DNA of 63,914 nucleotides, filler included, from Perkinsus olseni (Eukaryota): NCBI GenBank assembly GCA_013115125.1. It is 4 parts of 4 records of this genome, joined end to end, with 100 filler letters (N's around TTAATTAATTAA, not from the genome) between each part and the next. Parts side by side here need not be neighbours in the genome. Positions count along the whole stretch, not along the records: positions 51,824 to 63,914 come from JABANN010000804.1; 3 more parts are not named here. One strand, 5' to 3'. Shown piece by piece: positions 60,557 to 63,914 of this stretch (position 1 is its first letter; each line of letters starts with the position of its first letter). The notes under the pieces were generated by a model. It saw only the letters and a program-made list of their open reading frames with translations, ran no database searches and was not told where the DNA came from. The position numbers and the translations under genes were made by a program.

Positions 60557-62731
60557 TTATGAGTTTAGTAATGATGCAACTATCCAATGCTTTAATGTAC
60601 GTGATTCATCGTTATCCTCTCTAATAACACTCGCCTCATCATCTTCGTCGAGGTGAGTAGTGAGATAATTTAGTAAAAGATCTTTCTCGTCAACTCCGAG
60701 TATTAACCTTTCCTGTTGTATTAATATACCAATACATTTCAAATGGATATCTAAACCTTCTAGAGCCGTCAATGCTGAGTAATCCGACAATAACGCGAAT
60801 GATGACGCTTCGTCGTCGTCATCATCATCGCTCCCCTTTTGCGTATCCTTCTTGAGTTGTATGAGTGAGTAGACAAGTCCATTGGATATGACCTCTAGCA
60901 GCTCATGAGAAGCACTAATTCGATAATATGATGTATCGTCAACATCCTCGATATAATGATGATCATCATCGTCGTCATCATCATCAGGTTGATGTCTTGT
61001 AGTATGATGACACGATGATGGGACCTACTCCAGAATAATGATGTATACGTTGTTTTATCATCATCATCATCCAGCTCTATCACCGGTATCATCATCATTA
61101 TTACCTTGTCCATTCGCACGATAAGACCAGCAGCAGCTGTATAGGATCCAGCCTCAATTAATGAGATTACCCACTTCATCATGGTATCACATACTTCGCT
61201 ATCAATCGAACGGCTCTTTACCCCCTTTATCGTATTATCACTCATACTACTACTAGTAGTAGTAGTACCATCATCTAATACTGATGCTGCTGGCTTGATT
61301 GTTATGTAATGGGGCGAGAGTAGATGATGACCACTTCGTTCAATGAATATCTAATACATACACATAAGAGTCAACAAATACAATCCAACTACAAGCGTTG
61401 AGTGATAATAGTACATCATCATCATCATCGCCATGCCCATTATATCCTTCATTCCTGCCTGTCCTCTCGTTAACATCAGTCACGTTGTTATAATATGAAA
61501 TCGAATCGGGTATGAATACCTCATCACTGAGACACGCCTTTGCCAATAATATATTGGCATTGTCTTTACTCCATACTCCATCAGTTGTGGCAATATTCAA
61601 TAAACCCATAATACAACCACTACTACTAGCCCAATCTGATACTGATAATTGATAATAACATGGATAAAGATATGGCATCAGACTACTCCATGTTTTATCA
61701 TCACGCGTGATTATTGCCGCGATATCAGTTGCAAATTGACGAGGTTCTATCAACATATAGGCTGACATGGCGACAGCGTAGTGCTTCATTATCACCATCG
61801 ATTCTTCATCATCATCACCATCATCATCAACAACAGCAGCAGGCCGAGGCTTCCCTTCTAGATGTGCGTTTTGATTATTCTCTTCGATGATTGTTCTCAT
61901 TATCCTCTGCAATGATCTATGTATATCATAAGTTACTAATAATTCAGTCTCATCATATAACATATCATAACATATGTTGATGAACAGAGATAGGCTCGAT
62001 CGTATCACCCTGTAATAGAGCACGTGTTGATGATGGTCACCCAGTGTTGATGATGATGTATCATTGACGATCTGAGCACCATGGTCATGCCCTAGATCAT
62101 GATAATGTCCCGTTATTATCATATCTACCTGTTCCTGGGCTCGGTTGAGCTGGACATACGACGATGTTAACGCCACTACCACCAGTCTCTGTAGAGACGT
62201 CGATGATTCTCTTATCCTATCCACATCATATCTCATATAATAATGTCTGAAACCCAAACACGGCATAAGCGTTGGAGTACCAAAATCCGAATACTATTGC
62301 TAGATGGCAGTAGCAGCAATCGCTGTGGGGATACTACTTTTATTACATTGCTGTTTTTGATAGATCGAGCAACAACGTGACCGGTGCAAGATCGTTTGCG
62401 GATACTTTCTTGAATCCTGATCTTATCCAATCCAGCATTTCATGAGGATTAGATGACGATAGATTAAACTCTGCATCCGTTAGTACGAGTGGCAATGCCT
62501 GCATGAAGAGGAACACGTTGAAGGATGAGAGGCGAGTTAACCCGATAGACAAGACCCCCGATCAACAGCAGCCGACGGAAGTGATGAACTACTACTATTG
62601 ATGGACATTACACCTGTGAATCCTATCTCCTTCTCCATAGCTTCGATGAGTGTCATACACTCTGTACCCTCCTCTCCTGACTCATGATGACGACGACGAG
62701 AGGTTACCATACCATTATCACCGGACATCAT
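60557..62731 (-). CDS. uncharacterised multi-exon helical (ARM-like?) protein
   Basis: Chain of minus-strand ORFs (62537-62731, 62343-62552, 61340-62266, 60895-61245, 60557-60790); no firm domain. Confidence 0.5.
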
Positions 62732-63914
62732 AAAGTAAACAACTGCGGTTATGTATCATTGTAGCCTGAAGAGCCTACAAACTTTTATCGCCACCGACCG
62801 GCTCATGCCCATCCCCGAAGTCCTTATCGCCGAGGATGACTGTCCCACCCGTAAAATATACTCTCAAATGAAAAAATAATCACCGACTGTCACCAAATTT
62901 CTCCAATGTGACCAAAAAAATTAATGCAATCTCGTAATATCACTTTCATAGTGTGATCGATTTGTGATGGCAGTCACTCCCTTGGTGTATTGCGCGCACG
63001 CCAGGGCCAGTTCTACCACTACTATAATTATCAGACTGAGTCTCTATAGTCTCTTTTCGTCTACTCGTTCGAGGCCAGTATCCGTATCCTTATTGTGCTT
63101 CGCTGTCCCTTTTCGGCCAGCACGCATGCGCATAGCGTGAGGCGCCTTGCGTGGCTGAGGCCAGACAGACAGACCGTCTAGGAAGAGTAGCCTTTCTCTC
63201 TTCTCTTCTGTGGTATCGTACCACTTGGGTATTCTGGTGGCATTGGTTTGGCTCAGACTCTGGACTATTATCTGTTAAGGTATATCAGATAACAAGCGTT
63301 GTTGTGTTGAAACCCTCACAGATTTACGTTGATTAATTGAGTTAAACCGTCACAGAAAAATTGTCCGAGTGATTTTCTTATAAAGGATTATGCTGCTCAA
63401 TATCTTTCATCGCTAACAAATTCTACATGTTCGCGTTTGTCTCTGTGTATAGAGTTTGCCGTAATTCCTGGAAAGCAGTGTGCGATACCGCAGTGGCATT
63501 CTTTCAACGTTGAGGGTTCTTAAGTGTGTAAGTGCGCGGGACATTGTGTCTGCGTGCAGCTAGCTTGCTTTGCGCGTTGCGTGAGGTAAGAAGCTGTGTG
63601 TTGCGGTGTGTTGCTGCTTCCGTTGGATTGTTGCGGTAGCTAGGTTTACCTAAACTCTGGACCGCTACAGAGTTCCTGGTTCACTTACTGCACTGTTGAG
63701 GTTCGCAACTGACGTCTAGTTACGGTGCACGCACGTTACGTTGGTCAGAAGGTAGCTTGTATATCCAGTAGTTCAGACCTTGAGTTGATAGTAGTCATGG
63801 TTCTAACGCGAAGTGGAGTACGTAGTGAGGCCGCTCATATGTCAGAGGGTGTTCGCCGTTCTCCGAGACTTATTCACAAGTGCACTGAGGATACGTCACG
63901 CGTCAGTACAAGGC

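Noticed and set aside
61340-62266. Neurochondrin-like assignment
   Set aside because: Only a loose resemblance; it cannot be supported without an HMM search.
1-63914. Spliced-leader (CCGTAGCCAT(C/T)TTGGCTCAAG) gene or relic, rRNA genes, CRISPR array
   Set aside because: No match was seen on either strand by eye, and there is no repeat-spacer structure.

Overview
The window is not one locus. It holds four eukaryotic contigs (1-17194, 17295-34464, 34565-51723, 51824-63914) joined by artificial 100-nt N/TTAATTAATTAA/N linkers. Short GT-AG introns, long same-strand gene blocks, a CDPK, a helical-repeat protein and the Hsp70 sequence suggest an alveolate protist, most likely Perkinsus (inference). 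Recognisable genes are cathepsin X/Z, a Kelch membrane protein, an FkbM methyltransferase, a two-RRM protein, a truncated cytosolic Hsp70, a triple U1/matrin-type zinc-finger protein, a RING-H2 ligase, a ~7.7-kb multi-exon Trm3/TARBP1 tRNA Gm18 methyltransferase, a cytochrome P450, a five-UBL protein, a WDR44-like fragment and an atypical CDPK. The most striking unexplained signal is a set of eight introns (seven supported by restored protein motifs, one less certain) that consist of, or begin with, the 3' half of a tRNA gene: anticodon remnant, variable loop, T-arm/B-box, acceptor 3' strand and often an oligo-T. They occur in both orientations, have no adjacent 5' half, and four lie in the tRNA methyltransferase gene. 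Other signals are a short retroposon family with a shared 3' stem-loop and (CA)n tail (two copies with clear target-site duplications), a recurring AATTTCGTGGCGC motif and phased A/T tracts in contig 2, perfect palindromes with 1-nt spacers, and a tandem duplication whose two paralogs carry different frameshifts. Exon boundaries were inferred by eye and no database searches were run.
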